From assembly GCF_964355755.1 (NCBI RefSeq), contig NC_092671.1, forward strand, positions 24,874,070-24,938,069: a stretch of 64,000 bases of DNA, written 5' to 3'. Shown here piece after piece: positions 14,161 to 26,653 of this stretch (position 1 is the stretch's first letter; each line of letters starts with the position of its first letter). The stretch is from Antedon mediterranea. Lineage: Eukaryota > Animalia > Echinodermata. Made by a program: the position numbers and the translations under genes. Below the pieces are notes generated by a model. The model saw nothing but the letters and a program-made list of their open reading frames with translations, searched no databases and had not been told where the DNA came from.

Positions 14161-16007
14161 AGTCAGGTCGAGGGATACGAGGTTCGGTAGAGCAAACCGA
14201 GCTCGGCCCTGCGTCAGCAAGTCGTTCCGAATCGGAAGACGTAACGGCTGATCGTACAGAAGGCTTAGTAGCAGTGGAAACCACGGCTGCCTGGGCCAAT
14301 ACGGCGCTATTAGTAGGACTCGGCATTGATGGTGCTGAATGTGCGTCAGGACCAGTGGCAGTATTGAAATCGGTGGAAAGGCATATGCCCAAAGGTTGTC
14401 CCATGGTATGGACAGGGCATCCACCGCCCACGCATGTGCATCCCGATATCGACTGCAGAACGTCGGGAGCTGCGTGTTGCCTGACGTCGCAAACAGATCT
14501 ACATGGGGCCGCCCAAAGTGGTTGAAGATTTGGGTGGCGATTATTGGAAGGAGACGTCATTCCGTAGGACGTAGAAGTGGACGGGACAGTGCGTCCGCCA
14601 CTATGTTCAGACGACCCGCAATGTGGGCCGCTGACAGTTGGATGTTGTGTCTTATACACCACATTAGCAACGTCCACGTGTGGCAACATAGCGTAGGGGA
14701 CCGTGTGCCCCCTTGCCTGTTTTTGTATGCCACGACGGTTGTGTTGTCGGAATTGACGAGAACATGGCGATTTGTCAGATGGGGAAGAAGAGCCTCCAAC
14801 GAGCGCTCGACTGCCCAAAGTTCGAGTAGGTTGATGTGGGCGCGTGTCTCCTCGGGCGACCAGAGGAGACGGTATGTGACCGCCCCAGCCTACTTCGGAT
14901 GCGTCCGTTTCCACACGGACATCCGGAATTGACCTTTGTATAGGTGTGCCCACAAGTAACCTGTCTTCCACGAGCCACCATTCGAGATGCGAGATAATGA
15001 ACGCATTCGTTGGAACCACTTTGTATAGAGGGTCTGATTTCGGGCGGTATGCTGCCAGAAGGTGCAGATGTAGAGGCCGCATCCTTAACCGGCAGAACGG
15101 AACGAGGGCGACGAAGCTGGCCAGTGACCCTAAGGTGCGTAGCCAGTCGTACGCCGTCGGAGCCTGAGCATTGATAAGATGTAGCACTGCAGTTCTTGCC
15201 TTGGCCACACGCTCGATGGATGGGCACGCACGGCCCGTAACCAAATTTATTTGGGCTCCGAGATACAGAGGGTTCTGAGAAGGAAGAAGACACGACTTCT
15301 CCTCGTTTATTATGAACCCTGCTTGTTCCGTCACGAGGCGGACAAAAGATAAGCTGTTTAACAGCTGGTCCCTGGACTGGGCCACGATCAACCAATCGTC
15401 TAAGTACATGAAAATTCTGATGCCGTGTTGATGAAAGAACGCCGCCAGGGTTCTCACTAGACGAGTAAACACTCGTGGGGCCGTTGAGAGGCCGAACGGC
15501 AGAGCTACGAATTGGTATACCTGATCGTGAATGCGGAAGCGCAGCCAACTCTGGTGTTCTTGCGCAATAGGCACGTGAAAGTAAGCGTCTTTCAAGTCTA
15601 TTGTGGCTGCCCAGTCCCCTCGTCCTAGCCCCAACAGGATAGATGAGACAGTCTCCATCTTGAACCTGCAGGGCCGGATGTACCGCTTGTTCAGACTTTT
15701 GAGGTTTAGGATGGGTCGCCAATCGCCCGATTTTTTCTGGACGAGGAAAACGGTGGATTCGTGTCCCGGGATCGTAAGTTGTTCTTTTTGAACATGCACC
15801 ACAGCTCCTTTCTGGAGCAGTGCTTCGAGGCCCGACATGAGCGCTTGACTCTTTTCCGGCTCTGACGGAATCCTCGTGTCGGGCACCTCCGCTCACCGGA
15901 GGGCTCGAGAATTCGATACGATACCCGTGTGTCACGGTGGAGAGAACCCATTTGTCTCTGGTCAGGGTCTCCCAAACCCGTGAAAACCGTTTCAAGCGAC
16001 ACCCCAC
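14047..16007 (-). pseudogene. DIRS pol: reverse transcriptase, RNase H and DAM-like methyltransferase domain (disrupted)
   Basis: RT motifs IDLKDAYFHV, LPFGLSTAP, YLDD. RNase H motifs TDAS.GWG, HINLLEL, SDNTTVV, NIVADALSR. MT-like motifs DLFA, YAFPP. Frameshifts near 15890 and 14865; TGA at 14557 where Trp is expected. Confidence 0.92.
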
Positions 16008-16233
16008 CTGCCCGCCCTCGCTTGGAGGGACGGGCGTCCCCGGGCCGTCACCGGCGCTTCACATTATAATATCGGCGACCACTCCTGTTGGTGACGCCTC
16101 TGTCACCCTATTTTGCATTCCGCGAGGGGGGTGTGAAGCCTGTCTTGACGTAGAAGCCTGGCTTTGCATAGGCTGAGCCGGTGGCGGCCGGGGGAGGCTG
16201 CATCTGCTGAGGAGCAGCAGGGACAGGCGGCGG

Positions 16234-17437
16234 TCATGCGGCTGTCTTTGAGCGTGAATTGCTAGCCCGGCGTTTTTGCGGGAAGCGCGCTCTTGTCTCC
16301 CGACGAGCTTCCCTCTCACGAGCCCATTTATCCTCTTTTTGTGAAAAGGAGCCAAAGAACAAGTCATGCGCCCCAAAGGAGTCAGACGTAGTAAACCTAC
16401 GGAAATCGGTCGGTGCGATGTCGGTTGCACCCAAGACGTTAAGGCGACGGGCCGCGGCCGCAGATAAAGAGATCGTTGCCTGTTGATCAACAACCAGGCC
16501 CATGATCTGCTGTAGTAGAGCTATCACGTCCGAATCGCCCTGGGGCGGATGTTCTGGATCAGCCAGAAAAGATAGCAAGTACCCGGCCATAGAGGCGACT
16601 CTAAGCGTCTCGCGTGCGGCCCTGTCGACGGACGTAAGGACGTCCTCTGTCCGGGATTCCGAAGGCTTCAAATAGTTAGTCCTGGACGGGTCCAGGTTCT
16701 GGTCCTCACGGACCAGTTCCTTCGCTGCCTCCGGGACGCTCGGCGCCGAAGATACCTTCTTAAAGGGCGTGCGTACGCCAAAAGTAGAATACCGCTTAGA
16801 AGAAGGAGTATGCTTGGGCTCACGATACGTGAAATCGACGCCGAGAAAGGACAGCACCGCTGGGAACCGTCCGCATAACTAGCGCCTGCAGACCTTCCTC
16901 CCCTGGCCCGGCCTGCTCTCTTAAGCTATCTCTATCATCGTCAGAGAGCGAGGCCATCGTCCTGTCACTATCGTAGTCCCTTTGCCGGACGGACGAACCA
17001 TCGAAAAACGAGGTCTGCTGTGGGCCAACATCAATGTATGGAATATGGGGAGGAGGTCTACTCTGAGAGGGTACCTCAGGCTCATCCCTCGGCAGAGCTC
17101 TCACGGCTGCAACAATGGCTTGCAGTAACACCGGAGAAATCTCATTCACCCCCGGAACCGCAGAGGCCGCAGCCGGTGCAGGCATATCTGGAAGGCTAAC
17201 TTCCGGCGCGACGGCAGGAGGGCCTGCCGTATCGGCGGTATTCACCTCCGGAGGTGGTAAAGCTTCCGTGCGCTCTCTAGGCTTAGGGAGCGATTTAAAC
17301 TTGGACGGTGTCCAGCGGACACAAACATCGCACGGAGACAACTCGGTACACGTGCGGCAGTTTATGCACTCCAAGTGGCGGTCCCACTTTACGGTAGAGC
17401 GGGGACCCCTACATTTAACACACTCCTGCTTAGGCAT
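16234..17437 (-). pseudogene. DIRS gag-like ORF1, frameshifted near 16840
   Basis: N-terminal CxxC-HxxCxxC-CxxC zinc-binding cluster (MPKQECVKC...HLECINC...CDVC); continues in the overlapping ORF 16234-16857. Confidence 0.8.
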
Positions 17438-19627
17438 GGTGATCTAGCAGACCTACTCCTACCCACTAGCCTAACGAACAACAAAGCTCTTCCAGTATTT
17501 CTATCCAGGTGGAACACACTGGATAACGGCTTACAACGCTATAAGTTTTAACTCTTGGCAACTAGCCAAAGGTAACGATTCTAAACGTATCCAACTACAA
17601 GATAACGATCTACAACACTTAGCTTCGTTTTCTTGCTATTCTTCTCTTCTAGTCTACAGTATTAAAGTCTTTATCGTTAATTCCTCAGGAATTCCAGGAA
17701 TGTATTCAAAAAAGACGTTCGTACACAACGACGTTACGAAAAGAAATGATGCCGATGATAAGTGGGTGTGTCTCACTTGAGGGTGTACTGGTGGCAGACT
17801 GATCCATTATCCGACGGGGGTGTGGGAAAATTAATGTTATTAATGTTCTTCTTTTCGTAATGTTTACCTCTCGTCGGAGAGAGAGGCTTATGTTGGTTTA
17901 TCCAGGTAAGCTAGGCACGATATAGACGGACAAATTCAATTCAACCTAAGCTTCAAATTGAGAGGAGTGTGCATATATAGCTATGATGGGTCTAATAATG
18001 GTTGAAGTACGTTGTAAATTGTGTAAATGAATAGGTGTCATATTGGCTGATAATTATAATATGTAATTTAGATACTGTGGTCCCCCAGCCTTCTTTCTCC
18101 TTTCACCACCCCAGCCACCATCAACAAACCTTAACTCCTCCCCTGGACAGTTCAAATATAGTAACTTTTCCTAGTACAATCCAATCATATATAGGCTACT
18201 TCATTACGCTAGTATTTTCGCTCCTCCTCCCCCTACAAACACACCGCAGATACACTGGGTGATGTGTTGAAGACGGTTCCAGTACAAATTATGTTACTAT
18301 AACTCCTAACCCATAATCCCTCAGTGGCAGTTTTCAAATGTAGTTTAAAACATTCCAATACAGTTTCGGTCATGGTGATAGGCCTACATCCCCACCCAAA
18401 ACTCCCAGCCGCTTCCCAGGGATGATTAAATACTTTAACATTTTTCAACCACAATTCTGGTGTAAGCAAAATCCCCACTATCCCCTGAACCCACTCTCCC
18501 AAAATTGACGTTTTTTCCTTGGAGGATTGGTGATGTAGTTGAACACAGTAACAGTAAACAACGTAACACAGGAATGGATGACTGTAATGAGACAATCCAA
18601 GAGACCGATAAATAGCTGGATATGGTTAAAGTACTTTGCAAAATGTGTAATTGAATAGGTGTCATATTAGTTTATGAATAAAATATGTATATCTATCTAT
18701 ATTTCCCCAAACGCCTTGCTGAGGATAATTCAAATACTGTAAAACTTTTGTAGTATAATTTTACAATTCGATAGCCTACAACCCCGAGCCCTAGCAAAAA
18801 TGACATCACAAACCACCACACCCACCCCCCCCCCCTCCCACAAAAACCCCAGGAGTGGGGGAAATTTTTTAAATGTAGTTTAAAACCTTCCGGGTACAAT
18901 TGCCATCGTTTTGATACCCCATATGTATGGTTACGTGCAGAAACAAACAAACATCGAAAATTGTGTAAATGAATAGGTGTCATATTGGCTGATAATTATA
19001 ATATGTAATTTAGATACTGCGGCCCCCCAGCCTTCTTTCAAACAAACAAACATCGAAAGTGGGAGTTTTGACCACATTTTGGTCCCTAACTTGGATCCTA
19101 GGTGGCGGATGATGTTGAAATATAGCTTAGAACATTCCCGGTAAAATTGCGGTCATTTTGATACCCCATATGTAAGATTACGTGCAGTAACAAAAATTTG
19201 TATAACGAACAGACAGACAGACAGACAGACAGACAGACGTACAAACTCTCTCACTTATAATATAGATAATGTAGATTGAAGAATACATGTGTGCGTCTTG
19301 CCAGAACCAAAAAGTACATTTTTTTTGTACCTACAGTACTAATAATATACTAATAATAATAAGTAAAATAATAGAAAAAAAAGCCCCACTTTAGGGTCAC
19401 AAGTTACATTTTTTGTATGGGCCAATGTGATAATTCATTTATAATAAAATAAGCCGATTACAATAATTTAAACGGCCCACTATCAATACTACCAGCGTGC
19501 ATTGCGCACGGTTTGATATTTTTGTTTTGCTTCTGTGATTCACCCACTTTTGGTGCAGTTGTAAAAGAAAAAACAATCAGACAACCAAGATTAACAATAA
19601 TTACTAATTAACTAAACAAATTATTAC

Positions 19628-19779
19628 CTGTGAAAGCATTCATAAATGTTGATAATGAACGATTTAGCATTTTGAAAAATGGATCTCTGCATGGGTATTT
19701 TTCAGAGCCGCACAATGTTGTATGTTCCAAAATATGTGATACACCTGTACTATCCATTGGGGTTGTACGGAATGCAACA
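19628..19779 (-). CDS. PITRM1: PITRM1 coding exon 4 with M16 inverted zinc motif HILEH
   Basis: [50 protein letters not shown]; HxxEH motif; AG/GT boundaries; 152 bp. Confidence 0.97.
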
Positions 19780-20175
19780 CTAAAATTCAATTGATATAAA
19801 AGGCAAGATTTTATATTATATTTACAGTATATATTGACAATATAAACGAATTCAAACTGTAAAATTGTTTGTGTTATTATACACACTTTTATAAAGTAGA
19901 TACAGCATCTGCAATTACTCGCCTATTATTGCCATAAATCAATTAAATCATTCACTCCTTCAACATACTTATTTTTCTAATCTACAGTACTTTATAGTAC
20001 TTTAATATTAATTTAAAATTATCTTCCCATCATTTATTATAACATTTTTAATTGATTTGGTGGGAAAAGAGGAGGAGGTGAGAAGATATAGTTAGGACAT
20101 TTAGAAAAAAATCGACCAGGATTTTGAAACAGGGGAAGTATTTGAGCATATTAGCCTCTTTATCCCTCGCTCTAA

Positions 20176-20932
20176 ATCCACACCTGCCATAGTACAGTGT
20201 GAGTATGCACTCTCTCTACACAGTAGTCATTCATATCCACACCTGCCATAGTACAGTGTGAGTATGCACTCTCTCTACACAGTAGTCATTCATATCCACA
20301 CCTGCCATAGTACAGTGCGAGTATACACTCTCTCTACACAGTAGTCATTCATATCCACACCTGCCATGTACAGTGTGAGTATGCAGTCTCCCTACACAGT
20401 AGTCATTCATATCCACACCTGCCATGTACAGTGTGAGTATGCACTCTCTCTACACAGTAGTCATTCATATCCACACCTGCCATGTACAGTGTGAGTATGC
20501 ACTCTCTCTACACAGTAGTCATTCATATCCACACCTGCCATGTACAGTGTGACTATGCACTCTCTCTACACAGTAGTCATTCATATCCACACCTGCCATG
20601 TACAGTGTGAGTATGCACTCTCTCTACACAGTAGTCATTCATATCCACACCTGCCATGTACAGTGTGAGTATGCACTCTCTCTACACAGTAGTCATTCAT
20701 ATCCACACCTGCCATGTATAGTGTGAGTATGCACTCTCTCTACACAGTAGTCATTCATATCCACACCTGCCATGTATAGTGTGACTATGCACTCTCTCTA
20801 CACAGTAGTCATTCATATCCACACCTGCCATGTACAGTGTGAGTATGCACTCTCTCTACACAGTAGTCATTCATATCCACACCTGCCATGTACAGTGTGA
20901 GTATGCACTCTCTCTACACAGTAGTCATTCAT
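20176..20932. repeat. 58-bp minisatellite, about 13 copies
   Basis: ATCCACACCTGCCATGTACAGTGTGAGTATGCACTCTCTCTACACAGTAGTCATTCAT repeated head-to-tail with no spacers. Confidence 0.97.
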
Positions 20933-21016
20933 TAAAAGATGTTTTGTCTCTACATTTTTCACCAGTGTTTTTTGTGGTAGTGGTGAAATAAATAAACGAA
21001 GTGAAAACATGTTTAC

Positions 21017-21123
21017 CTGAATACATTGTTACAATCATCTCTTGCTACGTGTAAAAGTTCGGCACCTGTTGCATCATGGGATAGTTTTACAGCCGATAAA
21101 TAAAGCTCAGGAACTTCAACAAT
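21017..21123 (-). CDS. PITRM1: PITRM1 coding exon 3 ([36 protein letters not shown])
   Basis: Clear similarity to human [38 protein letters not shown]/GT boundaries; 107 bp. Confidence 0.95.
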
Positions 21124-21409
21124 CTGTAATACAGTACATGCAATACATTATATATTAATGATCATATAAATAACACAAAATGGTTTAATGGATGGTGCTC
21201 CATCTGTCTGAGTCATAGGTTTAAATCTTGTACATACAAGCCAGTTTTTTAGTATGCACACTTATAATCATAGGGACTTTATGCATTAGGACATCATTGA
21301 ATTTAAAGTTTGAAACATTATTATATTGTCTTAATGTCATATTTAAAAAATGGAAATTTCACTACCATAAAACTGATTTAAGGAAGTGCTTAGTGGGATT
21401 TTATTTATT

Positions 21410-21620
21410 TATTTTTTATTACACCTTATTTATAGAGGGTGACCCTAAACAATGTATGCTGACAATTTTTGGGGCCCTCTTGATGAGTGACAGTGGCTGT
21501 GTGTATACTAGTACACCGGGGTAACTTGTCTCGAAAGATGTACTAGGTTCATTAAAGAGCACATGAGCCAGATGTGTACACTGGACCTACTACGGTTTAT
21601 AGTCCTTCCTACCACGATGG
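21410..21620 (-). mobile_element. Truncated copy of the same SINE
   Basis: Shares GACAGTGGCTGTG...CTAGTACACCGGGGTAA...TCTCGAAAGATGTACTAGGTTC...GTGTACACTGGACCTAC with 46160-46290. Confidence 0.75.
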
Positions 21621-21761
21621 TTATTCGCCAATCACTAGACTCCAGGAATAATGCTCCGATGAACACATACACTCTGATGCATCAAGTCCTTAAAAAAGTT
21701 TGTACTATAAAATTAAGGTATTTGAACAATGGAGCAATTGTTGCGCCATGTTTGAACTCAC

Positions 21762-21885
21762 TTTCTGTACAGTGAAGCCATGTATCTGCTGACCTGGTTT
21801 AAATGACTCAATCCGTTTTATAGCAGGCACTGCTGAAGCAAAATTAGCTGTATACAATCTAAAATTGCATCGATTGTTGGATGGC
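21762..21885 (-). CDS. PITRM1: PITRM1 coding exon 2 (...IKRIESFKPGQQIHGFTVQK)
   Basis: Resembles human YKLGDKIHGFTVNQ; donor GTGAGT. Acceptor either TTCAAG (exon edge 21885) or TTTTAG (21858), both in the same phase. Confidence 0.85.
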
Positions 21886-23847
21886 CTTGAAAAATAAAGA
21901 AAAAACTTATCAGTTTTTTCTACTATAACATTGATATCATTTCAAATGAATAAATTAAATTTTAGTAATCACTGGGTGGAAGGTTTATAATAATGTTCTG
22001 TGTTTATTGAATGATAATAAAGGTTTTTGTAAAAATTGTGAAAATTTATATGTGATTTGTAAATAGGTAAACATGGCGATTGATATGATTAATCGAACAT
22101 CAGTGATTCTACATTGTAGCTACCGGCACAAAGGAAGAACTTTCACACTCAAGAATACATTAGTTACACGTCAGACATACCAGGATGCCTGGGGTTTCGA
22201 ATGATTCAAGATGGAAGGCTATCAGAGGATTAAATGAATAAAAATTATACAGTAAAACAAATTATGAATATTTTACTCGTAAAATGGTGTAAATCATTCT
22301 ATTATTTAACTTGGCTCCACCTTGTTAAAGAGAACCGTCAAGAAATTCAACTCATAAAATAGCTGTTGCTCCAATCAAATGATTCTAGATTTAAATCATA
22401 TTATTTAAGTAAATATTATTATTACTGTTACTTCAATCTGATGATATACAACGAATTCAGAAAAAAGATACATTACAGTATTTATAAAACTTATTAGTGG
22501 ACCCTCTGGTTCCTTCAATCTTACAGTATTCAGTCTTATTATTTCAATCTTATTTTTAAAACTTATTTTAGAATGTATTGGAAATTGACCAATAAAGTAC
22601 CAGAATGATTTTGACAGACCAATTTTTTTTTTTTTTTTTGCACCTTTAAAATTGATCTTTTTGCATGATTTGCTTCATTTCTTTGCTACTCCTTATAATA
22701 ACTGTACATACAGCATATCATTTAAAGATCAAATCAATCAAATCAGACTATTAGTATTATTCAGGCCATTTTGCAGTTTTGATAAAGTTATTCACTTCCA
22801 TATTAGAAAAAAATTACAAAAGTAATATTTTCACTTAAGAAAACAAAACAAATTGATACCAGTTCTCGACTTTTACTATATATAGTGTACTAATGTAGGC
22901 CTAGATCTAGGCCTATGTCTAGCCTTAGACTAGTGCCTCAAGTACTAAAGGTCTATATTAATTACATAATAACTGATTGGTCAATTATGCATCATTTGGA
23001 ACTAGCCCCTTCTAACGAAAAAAAAGTCTAAGGGTGATAATTAACATGCTTTAATATGCACGTTTAACTCTCTGTAAACATTTTGACTTTGTTAACTGAT
23101 CGTGTTCGGAAACCAATGTAGCCTTGTTAAAAATAGAGCAATTTATTTTTCAACTCCTGAAATATATTTTGACCATCCAACAACCATATTAACATTCATT
23201 ATTTGTATAACTGTATTAATCAATCCTCCATGCTTCCCTCTGTGCTCCCTGCTTTAAATAGTACTGTAGAGTAGGTAGTAGTTAGGCCGGGTTCGTTAGG
23301 CCTAGTAGCTGGTGTGTAATGTCTGAGTGTGGAATGTCATTCTTTCTCAATAAAACAAAAAAATATTGTGTACATTGAAAAGTTAAGTAGCATTAATCTA
23401 TGGCAACTTTATGTCAATAGCTACCAGTACCAGATGTCTCTAGCTAGGCTATATAGTATATGTAGATTGCTACCTGTGAACCAGTACCACCAGAGTATTA
23501 CTATTAATATTAATAATTAATATTGCTGATTATGATTAAATAGGGCCTCTCTAGCCAGCCTAATCACTTTAATAACGCTATAAGCTAGCCTCAAGCCTAC
23601 ATTTCAAAAAGTCACTTCATGCCAGTTGTTTTAGGCCCAACTAGCCCTAGGCCCTACTGCATGACTATATTTGCATGTGTTTGTGTACAACATGACCTAA
23701 AAAGTAGCCCTTTGTTTTGCTTCTCAGCCGCATCACATGGTACTCTTAGAGGCCTCGCCTTGTCTCTAGCCAGTGTAGTAGGCTAGGCCTAGCTTTAATG
23801 TCTTATTACTGGTCACATGTCAGTTAAATTATCGTTTATATCGTCAC

Positions 23848-23948
23848 CTTAATTTGTTGTGAAATGTATATCCTTTGCCCAGGTGTTTGACGTTTTCATT
23901 TAGTTCCCTAACAACACGAAAAACGTTCTTATTAGTTGTTTTCAACAT
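23848..23948 (-). CDS. PITRM1: PITRM1 coding exon 1 (putative; mitochondrial targeting region MLKTTNKNVFRVVRELNENVKHLGKGYTFHNKLR)
   Basis: ATG-initiated, open to a GT donor (AG|GTGACG) in phase 2, matching the phase of the next exon. Basic N-terminus. An alternative in-frame ATG lies at 23975. Confidence 0.65.
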
Positions 23949-26603
23949 TTTCAACAATACAAAATATACACACATGGGTTTTTGTTTTTAAGTTGTCCTA
24001 GCGCCCTCTCACGAGAGAAAACTTTTCTGGCTGCTACACACACACAGTATGCGCTGCATGCGTACAACAGCGCCCCGAGAAAACTTACCTGGCTGTAATA
24101 ATAGTGCGTATATTAAATAGCTGGTGTACTTTATTCACAACAAATAGTTAGCGTGCTGTTACTGGTAGCCTGTGAATATTAGAACAGTTTATATGAAAAT
24201 GGAAAAGAAAACATTAATAATTATGCGTTATACACCTCATTACTTAGCTTAATGCACAACGTATTGTTTGTATCTATCTGCATCATAAGAGACATTCCAC
24301 CTTCCTCATGATGTGGGTTAAGCAGGTTCTTTGTGTTTTTTCTGAATTATTAAAAATAATATATAAAACTAACAATCATGTTTGTTTTAATGCACCTGTA
24401 TTATTTGTGGAGGCGTCAATATATTTTGTTTCGTATGATTAATTTCGGTATTGTAAGCTCATTATTCATTCTGAAATGTGTAGGCCTATATTCCTTTTGA
24501 CTGATTATTTTGGATCACCATTACAAACATTTTTTCATCAAGTGAGAAGTGATTATTAATTAATGTATTAAAACGGTTGAAGTACTCGCTTCCTTGTATA
24601 AATCTCTTCCGTCGGTACGACAATGCATACTGGAAGTTAGATTAATAAGATAAGTTTCTAAATTCTAATTAATTATATTGTTCGTACCCTGCTGTTATGC
24701 TTCAATTAAAACATTCCATTTATTATTTATTGTATTTTAGTCAGTATAGAGTTGATTTAATTTATGTAATTATTACTTTCTATGGACCAGAGATTTAGGA
24801 TAAAAGATTTAATTGGAATTGGAATTACCAATAATTAATAAATATGTAATTTATTCAAGAACAAACATATTCAACATTTCGAGAGTGAAATATATTATAG
24901 GTCTAAACTAAACAACATAAATTGAAAACAAAGTATATTAAAACAACGCCTAACTTTCAAACATTCATAACATTCAACGAATAAAACATCCATTGCATTA
25001 TACAAAGTAGTAAAGTGTTTTTGTTAGAGTGTTTGTTAGACACTGTCCACGTATTTGTAAGTGGTTAGCTGGTATATCAGTTTACGGCGTTGCAAATTAA
25101 ATTCGTGAGTTTAACATAGCAATCGTAAAGTATAACGGAATTGGCAAATGAGCAAAATTGTAATTGAACAAACCAATGGTGGTGGATACGGGATTTAAAA
25201 GGGGACGCTGGGCCACGCTCAAACGTTGTAGGCCTGGGAAATTAACATAATATAACCCGTTCCATCTAGAAAGGGGCGTTTATCACTCGCCTACGAAAGT
25301 AGTTTCAGTGTCCAACATCCACTGGCAGGCTTTTATTTCTTTGCATACGATATATATTTCAAACGAAGCTATTTATTGTTTTTCGATTTAAAATGTTTGT
25401 ATTAATAACGAAAATAATCTAATAAGTGATTTTAATTTTTAAACATCATTGGTTTACTGTTGTCGGGTAATGAGATGCCTCGTCGACGTGGTAATTTAGA
25501 TACAATATATATATATTTTATGGTAATATTAATTACGGCGGTGTGTATAAACTGTACAGACACTCCGTAAAACTGTGGAAATATCACATTGTTTGACGTG
25601 GACGAACGTACTGTAATTAAAGTCATTTGCTTTATCCAACGAGCTGAACACACGTAGTACGTCACTAACGCAATTCATTCCACTCAATAATTTTTTTATG
25701 AATTTACCGAAAACTTAAAAAAGTTACTCTTCCTTATGAAAATTGCAAAGATAATCATGACTTACCATGCTGTCCAATCCAATCAAGTAACATGCCTTGG
25801 TTAAAATAACATTTTCGTTTATAAAATATAAAGATTTTTTTAGAAATTTTGAATTCACCACGATTCGTTTTGTTCTTTACGATTTCAAGCCACCAGCCAC
25901 CTCAGCTGAGCTGAGGGAAGTCGCACTCTACTCTCAAACATTGTTTTCCCTTCTCGCTTACCCTGAAGTCATTATTGCTGCTCTTCTTGATCATATTTGA
26001 GTATCTATATCAAGATAACAATTTTGTATTTCATGTAAATTAATGAATAGATATATATATATACTATCCTAGGGTGGGAAAATGCAAGATTTACCAAACA
26101 AGTGTCAAAATATTATCATAATATTTGAAAAATATTATCTATGTTTTCATATCTATCTAAAATAGCTCAAAATTATAGCGACAGACTAGGCCTAAGAGAG
26201 TCGCATTTAAATTGGAGATTGTCACTGTTAGACCACAATTACTTTGATAATTTTTTTAATTAATATATTGAACAAATTTGGCACAAACAATTAAAGTCTA
26301 TTTATACCACAAATAAGCTATAATTACCATGGTTTATTAATAACTTATTAATGCAGGCCAGACAATGCTCTTGAAATCTAATTCACTTTTCAGCAGTTTT
26401 TAAGAGTTATTTGTCACACAATCCCAAATGATACTATTCACACGGGTGTAGTGCTTCTGTAAAACACAACTTTCGAATTAAGAAAGTTAGGTCAATTCAG
26501 TTAAAATCAAAAGCACAGAACTGCTAATTATGAGAGTTATTTTGATGCACTATATAACACATAAACAGGAACTAGACCCTTTCACATCCTATCGCGGAAT
26601 TAT

Positions 26604-26653
26604 CCAATCAGTGGATCGCTTTACTTTTCTTCCGCCGCACGATAGCTATAAAA
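26604..26653 (+). promoter_or_regulatory. CCAAT box (26604-26608) and TATA box TATAAAA (26647-26653) of the secreted-peptide gene
   Basis: Consensus motifs about 105-150 bp upstream of the ATG, in the expected order. Confidence 0.65.

Larger units (their letters stand above)
12722..17927 (-). mobile_element. DIRS1-type tyrosine-recombinase retrotransposon, full length (~5.2 kb), inactivated
   Basis: About 170-bp inverted terminal repeats (12764-12933 / 17742-17911, 4 mismatches seen). ICR at 12970-13066 is complementary to both termini. ORF order gag, RT-RNaseH-MT, YR. GC-rich compared with the flanks. Confidence 0.96.
12568..19266 (-). mobile_element. Non-autonomous Helitron hosting the DIRS element
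   Basis: Minus-strand 5' TC (TCTATATTATAAGTGAGA) at 19266. 3' CTAG at 12568-12571 with a GC hairpin CCCGCCC-CA-GGGCGGG at 12580-12595. Sits between A and T with no TSD. (GACA)n microsatellite near the 5' end. Confidence 0.8.

Noticed and set aside
13088-15886. Novel natural RT-recombinase fusion protein
   Set aside because: RNase H is broken mid-domain and continues in another frame, so the fusion is best explained by a small deletion in this copy.
14073-17447. Plus-strand ORFs within the DIRS
   Set aside because: Antisense shadows of GC-rich dual-coding sequence with no recognisable motifs.
20176-20932. CRISPR-like array
   Set aside because: Units are contiguous with no unique spacers, there are no cas genes, and the context is a eukaryotic intron.
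24083-24093. U1 snRNA-like ACTTACCTGG
   Set aside because: Only about 10 nt match; no U1 stem-loops or Sm site follow. It is simply a splice-donor consensus on the minus strand.
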